Numbered from the stretch's first letter, positions 1 through 14,848 are shown. The stretch is 64,000 nucleotides of DNA from the human T2T-CHM13v2.0 reference genome, Homo sapiens (GCF_009914755.1 NC_060927.1); one strand, 5' to 3'. The notes: generated by a model from the letters alone, not told the origin. Numbers and translations: made by a program.

Positions 1-744
1 GCCCCATAACAAGCCATTTTTGCTCCCCTTCCATTCTTCCTTCCTTTCCACCCTGGCAGTTTTGGATGCCAGGAAGTGTTTCTCTCTTCTTGGTTCTTCA
101 GCAAAATCTTCAAGCTTTTCTCAGTTGTCTTTTGAAAGACGGTGTTTGTGAAACTCATCCATACCAATCTACTGCTGAGAAATAAAAAGAAAACAACTGT
201 TCTCCCGACTCCCAATTTCTCCCCGCTTTACCATAGCCTTCAGGATGGGTTATCCAGCTCAGCCCACATGATAGTAAAGCTCTTGATGTTTCACCTCAAC
301 CAGTGATGATCAGATCAAATTGCAGACTGGAAATGTAAATAACCCGGAATCTGAATGAACTCGCCTCTGGTGAAATTTCAGCCCCGCAGAAAATTGGGTC
401 TGGCTTCACTCTGAAAATCTAGCCAGAGTCAACAGAAGCTAAGAAAACTGAAAGAGAAGGCCAAGATTAAGTAAGCAAATCATAAACACTTAGAAAAGGA
501 ATAATTTTCCCCAGTCCATGAGACTATTAAAAATTCACTTCTTAATGATCAGAACATAACATCATTGCTTACATATAAAGGATTATTTTTCATCCACAAT
601 TCTTAGCTGAATCACTGGTATTTAACACACAACACAAATTATACTTTAAAATGCTGTAAGTAAAAAAATATATAATTTTGCTTAATGAAAATACCATGCT
701 TGCTCTAAAATAGAAGAAAAAAAGCTTTCCGTTCACTAGGATCT

Positions 745-1172
745 TGGGCCAAATCTGATATTGTATGGGCTATAGGCTAAGAATGTTTTCATATTTCTAA
801 ATCTTTGAAAAAAATCAAATGAAAAATAATACTTTGTGACTTATGAAAATTAGGTGAAATTCAAATTTTAATGTCCATAAATAAAATTTTGTTAGAACAC
901 AGCCACCTTTTTTATTTATATTGTCTGTGTCTGGTTTCACATCACCGGTTGAGTAATTGCAACAGAGAGCGTCCTAAAATACTTAATCATCAGCTGGGCA
1001 TGGTGCTGCACACCTGTAGTCCCAGCTACTCAAGAGGCTAAGGCAGGAGGATCACTTGAGCCCAGGAGTTGAAGTCCAGCATGGGCAACATAGCAACTCC
1101 TTGTCTCTAAGATAAAAAAAATAAATAAAATACTACTTGGACCATTGCAAAAAACAGTTTGCTAACCTCTGG
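745..1172 (+). mobile_element. MER58B-like hAT-Charlie DNA transposon fossil, interrupted by an Alu monomer
   Basis: MER58-type motifs 'ccataaataaaattttgttagaacacagccac' and the terminus 'aaaacagtttgctaacctctg'. Confidence 0.75.
991..1130 (+). mobile_element. Free Alu monomer (FLAM/AluJ-age)
   Basis: Single arm 'gctgggcatggtg...tgtagtcccagctact...ggatcacttgagcccaggagtt', A-rich tail, TAAAATACT on both sides (TSD-like). Confidence 0.88.
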
Positions 1173-1177
1173 GTAAA

Positions 1178-1300
1178 TCAGAGTGTTTCAACCCTGATAC
1201 TATCAATATTTTGGACCACTCTCTACTCCTCCCCTTATAAAATATGTCTCCAGACACTGCCAAATATCTCCTGGGGAGCACAAGTCCTCATAATTGAGGC
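1178..1300 (+). mobile_element. MER20-like fragment with internal deletion
   Basis: 'aatatgtctccagacactgccaaatatctcctgggg' resembles the MER20 3' part. Confidence 0.55.
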
Positions 1301-2055
1301 TATGAGGACAATTCAGGTTGCTACAGGGTGAGAAAAGAAGAGGGGAACTGAAGAGGGGACGGGGGAAGGGGAGGAAAAGGAGGATATGGGTCCTGGGCCT
1401 TATTTCTTTAGGTTCCAGATAGCTCTACGCTGAAAGAGGATTCACCCCGTGAAGAAGCTTTTTTCCTCAGTGTTTTCTCTGGTTTAATCTTTTGAAACTC
1501 TCCTGACCTCAGCATTCCTGACTTTATGCTTGATTTGATCCTGAAGACCAGCTTCCCAGCTGTCTCTAGGATTCCCAGCTCGAGTTTAGTCTGGGATGCA
1601 GATACGTCCTGTATTTCTGGAAGTTGTAGGTGGGCTCAGTAGCAGCGAGTTGGCCTGAGCTTCCTGAGGGAGAACTTATTCTGAGAGAAATAGGTGCCAA
1701 ACCCATGAGCTCAGCCCAGGAACATCTGAAAGGAGAGAAGGCTATGAGTACAGTGAGCTGTCTGCCATGTACATTTGTCTCTAGACCCAGTCCCATTGAG
1801 GCTGGGACTCATGCCACTAAAATAAACCTGGAAGAGCTATTGATCTAAAACACCATAAGACAGCAAGCATTTTTTCTATTAAAAAAAAAATGTTAAACAT
1901 TGAAAAGTGTTTAATTTTCTGTTTCGATTTCCAGAAAGTTAAAGATACAACTCTCATACAAATATAGTGAGCATGTGTCAAATATTTATCTGATTTAGTG
2001 ATGAAGGAAGCAACAGAATGAGAAGCTAGTTCAAAACAGACTATGAAAAACTAAT

Positions 2056-2255
2056 ACAGCTGATCCTTATTATTTATAGATTTTGTGCTTCAGAAGTTAC
2101 TCCATGTTTGTATCTTCTCGCTAAAATACATTTGTAAACCCAAAATCAAGACTCACAGCACTTTCCCAGTCACATGCAGAGTTCCTGCAGACCTGCATAA
2201 GTCATGTGCAGAGCAGCAAAATATTTGGGTCACCCAACACACAAGTTCCCAGCTG
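2056..2255 (+). mobile_element. MER82-like (TcMar-Tigger) fragment
   Basis: 'cagctgatccttattatt...ctaaaatacatttgtaaacccaaaatcaa...gttcccagctg'. Confidence 0.6.
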
Positions 2256-2529
2256 GATGAATAAGATAATGAGCATTGACTCTATATACATTCAGAGAAA
2301 ACAAGAATGATGGGATAAAATTGCAAAGCTAGATTTTTTTAAAGCTGGCCAATGATTATTAGGGCAATAAAACTTTTGTACTAGACAGAACTTATTAGCT
2401 GCCTATCAATCTTCTGTAAGTTTGCATCCCACTTTGCAGAGTCTAAGGCATAATCAATGTAAAGTCAAAGTTAAAATTACATAGCGCATCAGATGACCCT
2501 TAATCAGGCTTGGTAGACAATGCTGTAGT

Positions 2530-2735
2530 ACAGGGCTTCTCAATTTTGGTAGTATTGACATTTGGGGCCAGTAACTCTGTTGTGGGGGGCTGTCCTATAT
2601 GTTGTTATGATATTCTCTGCAGCAACCCTGGCCTCTATCCACTAGGTGTCAGTAGCACCACCTCTCCCAATTGTAACAAATACAGACAAATGACCTCTGC
2701 AAGACAAAATTGCCCCTGTTTGAGAACCACTGGTC
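2530..2735 (+). mobile_element. MER20 (hAT-Charlie)
   Basis: Termini 'cagggcttctcaa' and 'ttgagaaccactg', internal 'ctggcctctatccactag'. Confidence 0.85.
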
Positions 2736-2774
2736 TAGTGTGATTTTAAAAGAAGTTTTTGATGATTTTTCTTG

Positions 2775-3148
2775 ATTTACTCAGGTCTGTTCTGGCTGTT
2801 ATAACAAAATACCATAAACAAGATCACACATAAAAAAACAAATTTATTTCTCACAGTTCTGGAGGCTGGGAAGTCCAAGATTAAGGTGTCAGCAGATTTG
2901 GCATCACTGAGGGCTCATTTCCTGATTCATAGATGGCACCTTCTAGCTGTGTCCTCACATGGAAGAAACATTAAGGCAGCTTTCTGGAGTCCCTTTTATA
3001 TAGAATGGAGCACTAATCCCATTCTTGAGAACATTATCCTCATAATCAATCACTTCTGAAAGGTCCCAACTCCTAATACCATCACAATGGGGATGAGTTT
3101 TCAACATATGAATTTGGTGAGGGGGACACAAACATTCAAAGGATAGCA
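2775..3148 (-). mobile_element. MLT1A-class MaLR solo LTR
   Basis: 'ataacaaaataccataaac...tttatttctcacagttctggaggctgggaagtccaagat...gacacaaacattca'. Confidence 0.85.
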
Positions 3149-3237
3149 TTCTGAAAAATGGAAAGAAAGGTATGCTTTTCCCACATTTGCAAGCACATAG
3201 GTTTGAAACCTTCTGCACATGTATCATAATTTGTAGT

Positions 3238-3301
3238 TATATATATGTGTGTGTATATATATGTCTGTGTGTGTGTATATATATATATATATGTATATAT
3301 A
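3238..3301. repeat. (TA)n/(TG)n compound microsatellite
   Basis: Seen directly. Confidence 0.9.
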
Positions 3302-3764
3302 CTTCACTTGTTTATTTTATGTCTTATCCACAGTGGGAGAACAAAGCACAGTGCCAGGAACACAGAAGGCACTCAATAATCATTTCCAGTAGGAAGTCAT
3401 AAAGCTTGACAGCTTCAGAATCGCAGCCTAAGGTGAAGTGTGGGGACTGGGGAGGTCAGCTGCCCGATGACAGACTGTCCTGCTGAAGCTGACTTATTGC
3501 TGCCCACAGGTGACATCTCCCTGTCATCTGCCAGAAGGACTGGGGGGCTGCAATTTATAAGGGATGAGACCCTGAGTGAGAAGGAAAGGAGAGATCCAGT
3601 TGGAACCCTGTCTCCATTTGTACGCATGGGCTGCTAAGGTCTGGGGAATTAGGTGATACTGACATCAGCCAGTGAGGAATTGTCCCAAGGGTGGCTCAGT
3701 GAAGATAGCCTGGCCATTAAGGAACAAGAAGGTGGAGGCAGAACAGGCACAACTCCTGACTCCT

Positions 3765-3900
3765 CCATTGATTAGCTGAACCTCTCTGAGCCTCAGTTTC
3801 TCTACCTATAAAATGGGGATAACAATAGTATGAACCTCAAAGCACTATTGTGGTGATTAAATGAGAAATATATGTACAACTCCTAGCACAGTGTCTAAGA
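3765..3900 (+). mobile_element. MIR SINE
   Basis: MIR core 'ctctctgagcctcagtttctctacctataaaatggggataacaatag'. Confidence 0.85.
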
Positions 3901-5661
3901 ACACCCTACATTTTAACCAAAAAGGCAGAACCTGAAACCACCGTGAATAGAGGCTGACTGTTCAGCTGACTTGGAAGTCCCTCGAGTACACTGTATTCTT
4001 TTTCTGCTGCTAAGAGTTTGGGGGTCCAGTGATACGTTTACAGCAGCAAAATCTGCTACTTTCACTAGTTTATTTTGAAATGTGAAGCAATACCAGTACC
4101 CAATATGCAGTTACATTCAGAAATTTGATTATTTTAATAGTTACTAAAAATGTATTGAACCCAATCTAAGAAAGTAGATAAACAATAATACAATGTTGCC
4201 TTTTTGAAGAGGTCCTGCATGTTGTATTTCTTTTATGTCATACCTAATACAGCCATACAGTGTGTGTCCTAAAAGAGTTCATATATGTGCAGAAACTGAG
4301 GAGTTGTGGTCTCCACATAGGTAACATAAAGCTTAGCCCGAGACTAATCTTCTCTGGTCTTATATCAGATAGTCACGTGGTCTGTATACAGCAGGATATA
4401 AATTAATGGTCCAACATGAAAACCGTACTTTTATAATGGAGACATTTTCCACTTTCATTCACAGTGGTTACTCCCACTGTCAATACCTGATAAGTATTTA
4501 AACCTTATTTATATCATCTTTTTCCATTGCCAACTCCTCTAAATATAATGACCATCTCTTTCCATGTTCTGTGAAAAATGACCAGAAAACACACTTGGCT
4601 ACACTTAGAGTTTCAGTCAATAAAGAGCCAACCAAAGCCAAAATGAAGTGTAATTTTGAAAGGCACAGGCAAAAGCATTATATGCCACACTCCAGATATT
4701 TTGATTTCCCTGACACATACTTTCCAAAAAACACTTTATTTGGGTATGTGCATGGAAACTGGAAAGATTTCTTTGTTTATGATGTTTGGATAGAAAATAT
4801 TTCTGATTTAGAACATTTGTTTTGAAAATATTTTAATACGTCCTTTTGTTTGGGAGATTTAGGGAACAGTAATAATTTTTGCAGAAGATTTCTCTCTGTT
4901 GCTTAAATGTCAAAGTGTCTGTGGAAGTGCTAATGCAGCAGAGTGTAGTCCTGAGATTCACAGCAAATGGAGCTCTGCTGAAGCAGAGTGCAAACCATCT
5001 CCGTGGTAACCTCAGGACATCAGTGCATGCTGGGTTCAGATGGGAAGAGGGTCAGGGTCATGAGCACAGCTTCTGGAAAAAGTTCCTTCTGCCCCAGTGT
5101 TCTTCCAGATCTAAATCATGTGGCTACAAAAATGTCCTTTGAAGGTACTTTAAAATAATTTACAGGTATACAGAAGGGTTAATGCCTGGCTAGCAATGTG
5201 TGAAGCACATAGAAAGTTTACCCTACAGACTCAGGTGTGCAAGAATGTCATGTTTATTTAAAACAATTCAACTTTAGTTTATGTCTTGATTTGTCAGAGT
5301 TGTTGGGAAATTCAATCTCAGGATTATTAGGCTTTCCTATCAGGTCCGGGGTGGTTCTGGCAATCTTATAGAGAGAAGAATGGTTCAAAGGTGTAAGAAG
5401 CATTCAGGAGTTTGATCCCTCTGTGTTACTTACATGCATTAGCAAAAGCTATATGGTTGCTGAAAGTCAGGGGTGCTGCTCTTGGCTTGGGCCAAGGTAT
5501 GAGATTCTGATGACATTCATTTTCTGATATCTCCCAGGACACCGAAGAGGCCTCAGGTCCTCATAGATCTCTGCCCATTTCTCCTCTGGAGAGATCATTT
5601 TGCTTTCTTAGGCTGCTTCTGAAGTACCCTCAGAACACTCTTGCCCTGAGGAGCCATTATC

Positions 5662-5843
5662 ACAGTGGTTTTCTTAAGAGTGATCCTGAGCCCAGCAGCA
5701 GCAGCACCTGGGAGCTTTTTAGAAATGTAAATCATCAAGCACTACCCCTGACCGACTAAATCAGAATCTCTAAGTGCCCAGCAATAAATGTTTTAACAAA
5801 CCCTCTACATCTAATGCAAAGCTAAATTTTGAGAAAAACTGAC
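5662..5843. mobile_element. MER5A
   Basis: 'cagtggttttctt...agcagcagcacctgggagctttttagaaatg...aaatcagaatctct...tttgagaaaaactg'. Confidence 0.8.
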
Positions 5844-6449
5844 CTATCACAATCCTGTCAATTAACTCAGAGTTTTGAAGACGAAAGTATTAGGCAACTT
5901 CTGTTTTCAGCGTTCAATATATCACTCTCAGCCCTACTCAAGGCAAGGGAAAGAAGAGGCCTGGCTGTATTCAGAAAATAGACACTAAAGGTAAAACATA
6001 AGCATGTTTCATTCTTTCTGACTTTTCTATAACAGGAAAACAAAAACACACATTAATATCTCAATAAATATTTTAATAAATTGTCCTACCACATAAGGTT
6101 TTTACCTTTTTACCAATAATAGGTTTCTGAAATAGCAAGTTCCAAGCATGAGATGTGGTAGCAGTGTGCTGGCTTGGGATTAGGGGTTAGGAATGAGACT
6201 GGGAAAGCAGGATAAAAGGTGAAAGAAAGGTGCTACATCAAGTATAGGGAAGAAAGATGAGGTTTCCCTGGACCAGCGTGAACTCTTAGAGGAGCTGGAC
6301 ATCCTAACTTTTGTCTCCAAAAGTGAGGTCTCAGAATGGTTTTGAAGTGGTGATTGTAAAAATGTGCTGACCTACTCTTTTGAACCAACCAAAGTGTGAA
6401 GCATACGGAGCCCTGATTGCCCTGAGATGCTGTGACAGAGCCCTAGTTG

Positions 6450-6857
6450 TCTGTGGGTTTTCCTCTTTCCTTTTCTCCAAGAGAGTAGAGTTTTACCTGG
6501 TCATGTGGCCACTTAGCTACAGACTACCATTTCCTAGGCCCCTTTGCATCTAGATGTAACAAGTGGAGTGTGAACAGAAGTCGTGTGCATGTCACTTCCA
6601 GGCCTGAACCTTAAAACACTGCACACGCAGCCTTCTTTGCACTTTTCCTCCTATGAGCTGGAAGAGTGAGGTGCTTGTGACCCACCTTTGACCATACAAA
6701 TGAGGGCCACAACCTAGAGTTGAAGCAAGAGAAAGGGAACCGGGGTCTCTGAATGGCATGTGAGGCAGAGGAGCCCACCAACCTGTCCTGGACCATTAGG
6801 TGAGAGACATAATCTTCCTTAATCTACTGATTTGTTGAGTTCTTTGTTATAGTAACA
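6450..6857 (+). mobile_element. Old MaLR LTR (MLT1H/I/J class)
   Basis: 'actaccatttcctaggcccctttgcatctagatgt' and the end 'tttgttatagtaac'. Confidence 0.6.
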
Positions 6858-8479
6858 TATTTTCATGTAACCAATACAAAAACCAAGGACCCATGTGGGG
6901 AATCAAAGCCATGCTTATAATTCACTGAAGCCCAAATAGCACCAAAGCCCCACAGCGCCTGGCACTCAGGAGGTGCTCCATAAATATTAAATAGTTACTA
7001 AATGAATGAGTATGGCGCCACTAGGAACTGATGAGGCAAGAGAAACCCCACTGTTTCATAAAATAATCTGCCTGAAACTACATCGGGTAGCGAGTTACCG
7101 TTTACCATGAGAAGAGCAAGGAGCTCACTGATAGTGACAATGGGTTAAAATCAAATGGGAATTTTTGTGTGTACAGTGTAGAAATGATTGTTAATTACAG
7201 AGCAGTCATTTTAGTGCTTTGCGGATGGTAATCACAGTCACCATCATTTTCTAAAACAAAAGACTTACACATGCACAGACATATGCAGACAGGTAAATTC
7301 TTTTTTTAACAAATTTGAAGAGACATCATGATTGCTATGTTGTACATTGTCCATAAGAAACTGAAAGCCCATTGCTATAACATGCAGAATGAATACAAAG
7401 TAGCTTTTCACTTAATCTGTAAAAGGCATTTTTTTTTTTTTGCTACGTATGGCATGACTCCAACTCCATTTGCTAAACATTTTTGAGGGCCTACTATGTG
7501 AGAGGTGTTGTATTAAATACAATGAGGAATTCAAAGATACCAACAAAAAATATGAATAAAGATGTAGGAGGGATAGGGTGTTACAAAACACAGATGTTTA
7601 GATTTCCAAGAAATGGCTATTAATTGTATTTGTACCGTCCTGGCTCTGTTGAAACTCTCTGTGGTGTCTCTTTTTAATGCCTATTGCATATGTTGTTCTG
7701 AGGTTTAAATGAAATAACATACATAAAGCACATGGTACATTGAGTAACCCCCAGCAAATGCTAGCTTCTTTGTTCATACTCTGTAATGAACAAAACAGCA
7801 AAACACATTTTTCCCAGTGTTTTAAAATTTTGAAATAATTTTCAAACGTTTTCACTGATGATTTATTCTGGAGCCGTAAAAATTTTTTTTTGTCTGTCAC
7901 AAGCCCCTATATATACATAAATGTTCTCACACAGAACCTCATCCAAAGCAAGCAAAGAGTATTATTGCATTTTGCAAGCCAAAGGATAATGGGCTATGAA
8001 AGTGATCAATTCTATTCTAGTTACTTAAGCTGAAAGCTGGTTTATTGGAAAGAAGACCAGTAGTTTACAGAGTCCATGGAGAACTAAAAAATAAACACTC
8101 ATTTCCATCTTCCCCTAGCTATGGGGGCAATTGTTACAATGTCACTGCTGGCATGGTCACCCTGGAATACCAGATGTGTGCTTAAAAATCTTCCTTGGTT
8201 TCCGTGACTATCTGTTAGTACCAGACCCTATTTCTGCACCAACTCAGAGCCGCTGAACCCTCATACCTTCAGGCTTGTGCCACGTGCCTGGCTTTCCAGG
8301 CAGGCAGTTCAAGAGAGATGGCTCATGGTGTGAAAAGCTCCACTGCAAACATTATCATATCTTTTATTTTATCAATCTCCCACTTCACCTGTGAAGTAGG
8401 AGATCAGGCACCCCCCTTGGATGGGGTTGGGTTTTGCATGGTCAATGTCTTGTCACTATGGCTTCTTTGTCAAAAAGCC

Positions 8480-8810
8480 AAAGCAGCTTGAGGGCTAGTC
8501 CAACCTGTTTATAGATACACAGAGCCTTGCCCAGAAGCTGCCCCTAAGACAGTTTCCATGCTCTCGATAGGGACCGTCTCACATAACTAAGCCAGCAAGT
8601 TGTGTCTTCTTGAGAGCTGTGGGTAGCCTAATGGTGCATCACTTTGTATTTTCCTTCTCCCCTTTCCTTCCCTTTTCTTCCCTCTGTCTCACTTTCCTTT
8701 TCCCTCTCACTTTTGCTTCCTTGGAATTGCACCTCCTCGATAAAAACATGGCATCTGAGCTTTTTTGCCCAGGCTTTGTTTCCTAGGGAACCTGTGCTAA
8801 GTTAGCATGA
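8480..8810 (+). mobile_element. Old ERVL-type LTR fragment, subfamily unresolved
   Basis: LTR-like 3' end 'ataaaa...ccaggctttgtttcctagggaacctgtgctaag'. Confidence 0.4.
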
Positions 8811-10714
8811 CACCCCTAAATTTTAAACTTCTGGGCTGGAGCAGTCAGTTGGCTGATACTGGGCTACATCCCACATCCTTGCTGCCAGGGAACTGGGAAA
8901 AGGAACATCTGCCTCACTTATGATGCTATGATGAGAGGCGGAGTCCTGCCTCTCGTCTATTTGGATTAACCTCAAGTAAGAACAGTGTTTGGATTTTGAA
9001 CAGGCACAATGGTGACAAATGTTCCCTCCGAACCCACTTGGCCTTAGCAGCTCTCTTCCTGCTCCTGGGTTTCTCTGGGTAGAGTGTCGCCCTCTATGCC
9101 GTGTCACCCCAGGGTATTTCCTCCACTTCCATCTCCTAACCCTGCCAAGTCAGTCTTCATCTGTTATAGACCCTTTGTTCTGGTGTGCTTGTTTTTCCCA
9201 CGTTTCCCATTAGACCACATGTCCCATATTGCCCCATTCTTCCTAGCATCCCCATCCCAGAATGCAAAATTTAATTCTCTTTTGCATTTCACAGTCCACA
9301 GGCCAACCAGCCAACTGTCACACTTAGCCCTCACACTGGTCCCTTGTGTGGTTTAGCATTCCAGTTCTTTGCTTCCTGCAAAGTAAGAGGGGATAGTTTC
9401 AGATATAAACAGAAAATGCTGGATATTTTACATCTTTTAAGTAGAGAAAGATTAAGTCAGAACCAGCAGGAATCCAATTCTTTGGATTTGAACAAAGTGA
9501 CTAGACATCTCGGCCTTTCTTTTGTAAAGAAGTATCTGGGGAAAGGTCTTGGACTGGCTTCAAAGGGGATTTTCCTGTAATTGTAGATGCCCTGAACTAT
9601 AGCTATAGCAGACTATTTTGCAGCCTAGTCTGGGGAAAATGTACACATTATGCAATTGTTTAAAGATATCATTCATTCAGGTAAACAGAAGTGATAATGT
9701 TCTTGGTCAGCCCTCACCTGCCATGATTAGCAGGCTCACTCTCAAATAGTACTCAGGATCTTCAGGACGTGTTAATGTTTTGCATTTTGTCTCTCTCATT
9801 AACACAGATGCTGTGTCTGGCTATGCAGATTCTGTAATGCACAAGGGCACCACATATAAGGGGCATCATTTTCATTATAGACATCATAGATTTATTGTAA
9901 CAGTTTTCTGGCAGATGGGAGTTAAGGGTTTTGTTTTAACAAATTAATATACCAAATCCATTTCCTGGCAGAGGCAAGTAAAGAGTTACCTTTGAAGAAG
10001 AATGGGCACGTTTCCTAGTTCTTATAAGGATGTTGTAAGAGGTAGAAAGAGCTCTTTTTGTCACTCCTTCAGCCCAGATGAGTGGACATCATGAGATGCC
10101 CTGACTGCTCCTAAGCTGCTTTGTCCTGAGAGTAGACAATGTTATTCACATATTTCCCCAAAGCTCAACTGAAACCAGCTAGAGTGCTTAATGCAACTGA
10201 AGGCTTGGAGCTTACAGAGGGAAATAAAAATATAGGAAAGGAAAAAGCAAATATCTTTATATTTCAACTCTTTCCTTCCCTTGGTCAGGTCTGCTGCCCA
10301 TTTGTCTCTTTAGCCCAAGGGGATGACATGTTTTAGAGATCAGCTTACTGCCTGTAGCTGTAAGTGTCTTTGACCATGTCACAAGGGAGGGGAACATTAT
10401 ATCCTTATCCCAACCTATCTCTAGCGTGATGCCCCTTGAATGCCATGATAATCTCTGCAAAAATGCCACTCTGACAAAAATGAAGAGACTCTACTGCACT
10501 TGCTAATGTAGCTCAGCTTAGCTTTTTTGTGTCCTGGCTTGGACATTCTGAAATTTAATTTGTCTTTACCTTTGCTTAACAAAAGGGCCATTAATATATT
10601 TTTCACAAAATTAAATTTAGGCTACTTCTTAGCTAAAACAACAAATAATTGTCTACATCTCTAGCAGTCACTCCTTCAGAATCACTGGGGTTCAGTCCTT
10701 GAAGCCTCTTACTA

Positions 10715-11530
10715 CATATTTAACCAGTATTTAAGGAGCTCCTTTTAGGGCCAGACCCTGGGCTAAGCACTAAGAATATCAGTCAGAAGCAGGTGTGGCC
10801 CAGATTACCTTCCAGCTTGGAGAAAGCAGCAGGTAGATAAATAGGTTCAAGAAACTGGCAAAGGGGTGACCATACAAGTATGTACAGGTTATAGTTGTAG
10901 CATGAGGAAATGGTTCTTTTCAACGGGTTGGAAGCAAAGGATTATAAAAGCTTCAAAACGGAGGAAGTTACAAGAAGTTGGCATGGTAAATAACAGGCAA
11001 AGGGTATTCCTGTTAGAAGAGCATATGCAGATATTGTCAGAAAACCCCAAGCAGCTAGGAATGTCTGAGTATAGAAAGGTGGGGAAGTGTCTACCAAGAG
11101 ATAGAACGAAAACCCTAAGATGTTTCCAGATCAGAACGGGCCTTTTATGTTGTACCAAGAAGTTTTGACCTCAAAAGAACTGAGATGAAATATTTGAATC
11201 ATAAGAGAGCTATGATTTTATCCCTGCTATTTGAAGAATTGATAAGGTCAAGGCACCAATTCCTAGACTGTCATGGTGGTCCAGGTGAAAAATTACAACT
11301 TCACGGAGCAGCCCCAGAGCATTTCAGAAGCCGAAATAAATGGATACGGAACATGTTAAGAATTGGGGATCAACAGAATTTGATGACTGGTGGTCCAAGT
11401 GAAGCAGAAGGAGATGTGAATATGGTAACATCCTGGGTTTGTGGGGAGCGGAGGGCTTTTTTGTAGTATTTTTCTGAGAGAGGAAACATAGAGAAGCTAT
11501 GCATGGAGTGGGGTTTGTGGGGAGCTTTAG
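10715..11530 (-). mobile_element. Degenerate L2 fragments
   Basis: 'ccagtatttaaggagctcc...gccagaccctgggctaagcact' followed by purine-rich L2-like sequence. Confidence 0.5.
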
Positions 11531-12047
11531 GTAAAATTAGAGCAGTTCAGGTTCTAAAAGTTTTATCATTTCCATGTCTTATGCACCTGAATCCCTCTGG
11601 GCATGCCACATTTTCTGCCTAAGGAACCCTCAAAACCTTCACAAGGGCTTGGGAGTTGGGACAGGGAATTGTTCCAGCCTTTACCTTTCCACTTCAGGCA
11701 GGACAACACCCATGCATTTATTGCTCCAATTCCAGATTCTCTTGCTTGTTGTCTTCACTGGCCCACCTCACCACAAGAGACTGACTGGAAATCCAGTTTC
11801 CATCCTTTACATCCACACACTCCCAATATATCACCAGGAAAATCCCAGTAAAGAGCGAATATGCAGTACTGAACTTTGGAATAAATCAAGTCACATAGTA
11901 GAGAAAGTGTAAGTGATATGGATCCATCTGACTGTGAACCTCTGGTTTTCACTTTGGGGTCAATTACCACCTCCGCAGATATGTCAAGACAGGCAGATAA
12001 CAGCTAGAACCTATTGTTACTCAAGCTTGGAGATCAAAAGAAAATAA

Positions 12048-12553
<506 letters not shown>

Positions 12554-13474
12554 TTAACAATACAGTTCATCTGAGTTGGTTTAGACATTCTAATTAAAAA
12601 AAAAAAAAAAAAGTTCCAGCAGGGGTCTCTCTTTGCACATGGTACAAAAAATTCTTAACAGTCACAGTGCAATATTTTTTATTTTGCTTATCCATCTTAC
12701 AATGTAAATGAATGTGACTGCAAAATATGTCAAACTCTTTTCTTATATTATTAGAAAATCACTGAAAAGACATTAAGTTTCATATTATGATCTGGGAGGT
12801 GATTAAACATGTGTGTTCCCTATGTGATAATTCAACAAGTAGCAAATTTATAATTTAGGTACTTTTATGTTTACACATTATGCTTTTAAAAAGCTTGTTT
12901 TTAAGGGTACAATTCCTAATTTTACTCCTAATCATGTTTCTTTGATTTTTTATTTCACTTCTCATGTATCTAGAACATTTAGAATTTTGGTCATTTATGT
13001 ATTTCATTGAATTTTATACATATTTTACAAATGATGCTTGGTGTGTATGTTTGTAGAGAAATAGAAAAAAATTCAAAAACATAGCTGCAATATTTTTTAA
13101 AAACCCATATTTTAAACTGAGGATTATCCAGTAAAAAGGTTTGTATTGGTTTTTGAATCATGAACTCTCAGAAAGAGGCAGTCATTGTTGGCACCCAAGC
13201 TTATGGGATGGATCCCAAAGGTCAGATAGATGATGGTTCTGTGATGTGATCTGTGACTTGGTCTGTACTTCTGATGAAGGCATGTCAGCAGGGCCTCCGC
13301 CTGAATACTTGGGCCTTCCTAAAGAGGTTTCCTCATCCTGGCTGTCAACCAGTGGACTTATTCTTAGCTGAAGAAACAATGACCACAAACCACCCCTTGC
13401 CATTTTAGCAAATCACACCCAAAATACCGTGAAAGAAATGCCTGTCATTTTTTTAAAAAAAAAATCCTATTATA

Positions 13475-13790
13475 GGCCGGGTGCAGTGTGGCTCATGCCT
13501 GTAATCCCAGCGCTTTGGGAAGCCGAGGCAGGCGGATCACGAGGTCAGGAGACCGAGACCATCCTAGCTAACACGGTGAAACCCCGTCTCTACTGAAAAT
13601 ACAAAACAGAAAAACAAACAAACAAAAAAATTGTCTGGGCATGGTGGCGGCCGCCTGTAGTCCCAGCTACTCGGGAGGCTGAGGCAGGAGAATGGCGTGA
13701 ACCCAAGAGGCGGAGCTAGCAGTCAGCAGAGATCGCGCCACTGCACTCCAGCCTGGGCGACAGAGCGAGACTCCGTCTAAAAAAAAAAAA
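13475..13790 (+). mobile_element. AluY with expanded middle A-rich linker
   Basis: Y diagnostics; TSD A(n)tcctatta on both sides; (AAAC)n in the linker. Confidence 0.95.
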
Positions 13791-14779
13791 TCCTATTAGA
13801 ATCTGTGGGACCAGATTTCTGCAAAGCACCCAGACTGCTGGTTTTATTTCTATGTTTTAATCTCAAACTTGTGTTATTTTTCTCTTGACTATTTATGACT
13901 GCACCTATAATTTCTATTTTCATTCCTTTTTTAATGTCTTACTTATGAAAATCATTTCTTAATTCTACAAATGAAGTATTGACATTTTAGTGGCATCTTT
14001 TATAAAAAATATATTTTCCCTTCCCAAAAAGTTAATATTGGGCCATAAAAACCTTCAGTCCTGTCTGATAATAAAATATAGAAAATATCAATTGAAGATG
14101 TTTTATTCCAAATGACATTGCCACGTACTTTTTAATAGTATTAGAGTAATTCCCTTAATTGTTTCATGGAAAAAAATCCATTAAGATCCTTTAATGAAGA
14201 AAACATATATTTGTAATGGACCAAATGGCAATGTGCCCTTGTCTGAAGCAATTACACTGTCCAATAAAGGAAGACTCACATTCAAATGTGGTACCTTTGA
14301 ACACCAAATATTACAAGAATTCCTAGTCAGCAGGATGCTATGCCAAAAGCACTCCACAAATGGTTTTCCCCTTTCTTACTATCTCGTGGCCTCATTCTAA
14401 AGATCTCTTCAATACTTCTATTAGCATACTAGAGAGTTTCAACATAGACTTTAACATTCCATGCTTATCTGACCCTGGGCTATTAAAATTGGTAAACATT
14501 ATGAATCTTCTCATTTGAACATGGCTTTGACTATCTTATGTTTCTGCGTTTCTTCCTGCCTTGCTCTTTCTTAATGCGAGCCACGTCTCTGCCCTCTGTT
14601 TTGCTTATTGTTTCCCTTCTCTCTTGTTTGTTCAGCTTCTGTACAATCATTTCTCTTTGCTCTGGCCCTTGCTCTAGCCTCATGTTCATTTCAGCCTCCG
14701 CCTTTTTTCCTTTTCAAACGTCTTTGATTCCAGTTGACAGTTTAAGATTTTTTTTTTCTTTTACTTCCCAGAGGCTCCT

Positions 14780-14848
14780 GTTGCCATAGTGATACTTGAT
14801 TACGAAGGCCATGACTGCTTCCATTGACACTCTGGTTGCTATAACAAT
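14780..14848. promoter_or_regulatory. Pair of RFX X-box-like motifs (candidate)
   Basis: GTTGCCATAGTGAT (14780-14793) and GTTGCTATAACAAT (14835-14848), each 2 mismatches from GTTRCYATRGYAAC, in non-repeat DNA. Confidence 0.3.

Noticed and set aside
8778-8791. X-box-like GTTTCCTAGGGAAC
   Set aside because: Lies in the generic 3' terminus of an old LTR; no independent support.
9820-10050. Possible old DNA transposon fossil with an internal repeat (tt(t/c)ctggcaga twice)
   Set aside because: I could not assign a family or boundaries with confidence.
13182-13403. 73-aa ATG-initiated minus-strand ORF in unique DNA
   Set aside because: No recognisable homology or splice/promoter support; length within chance expectation.
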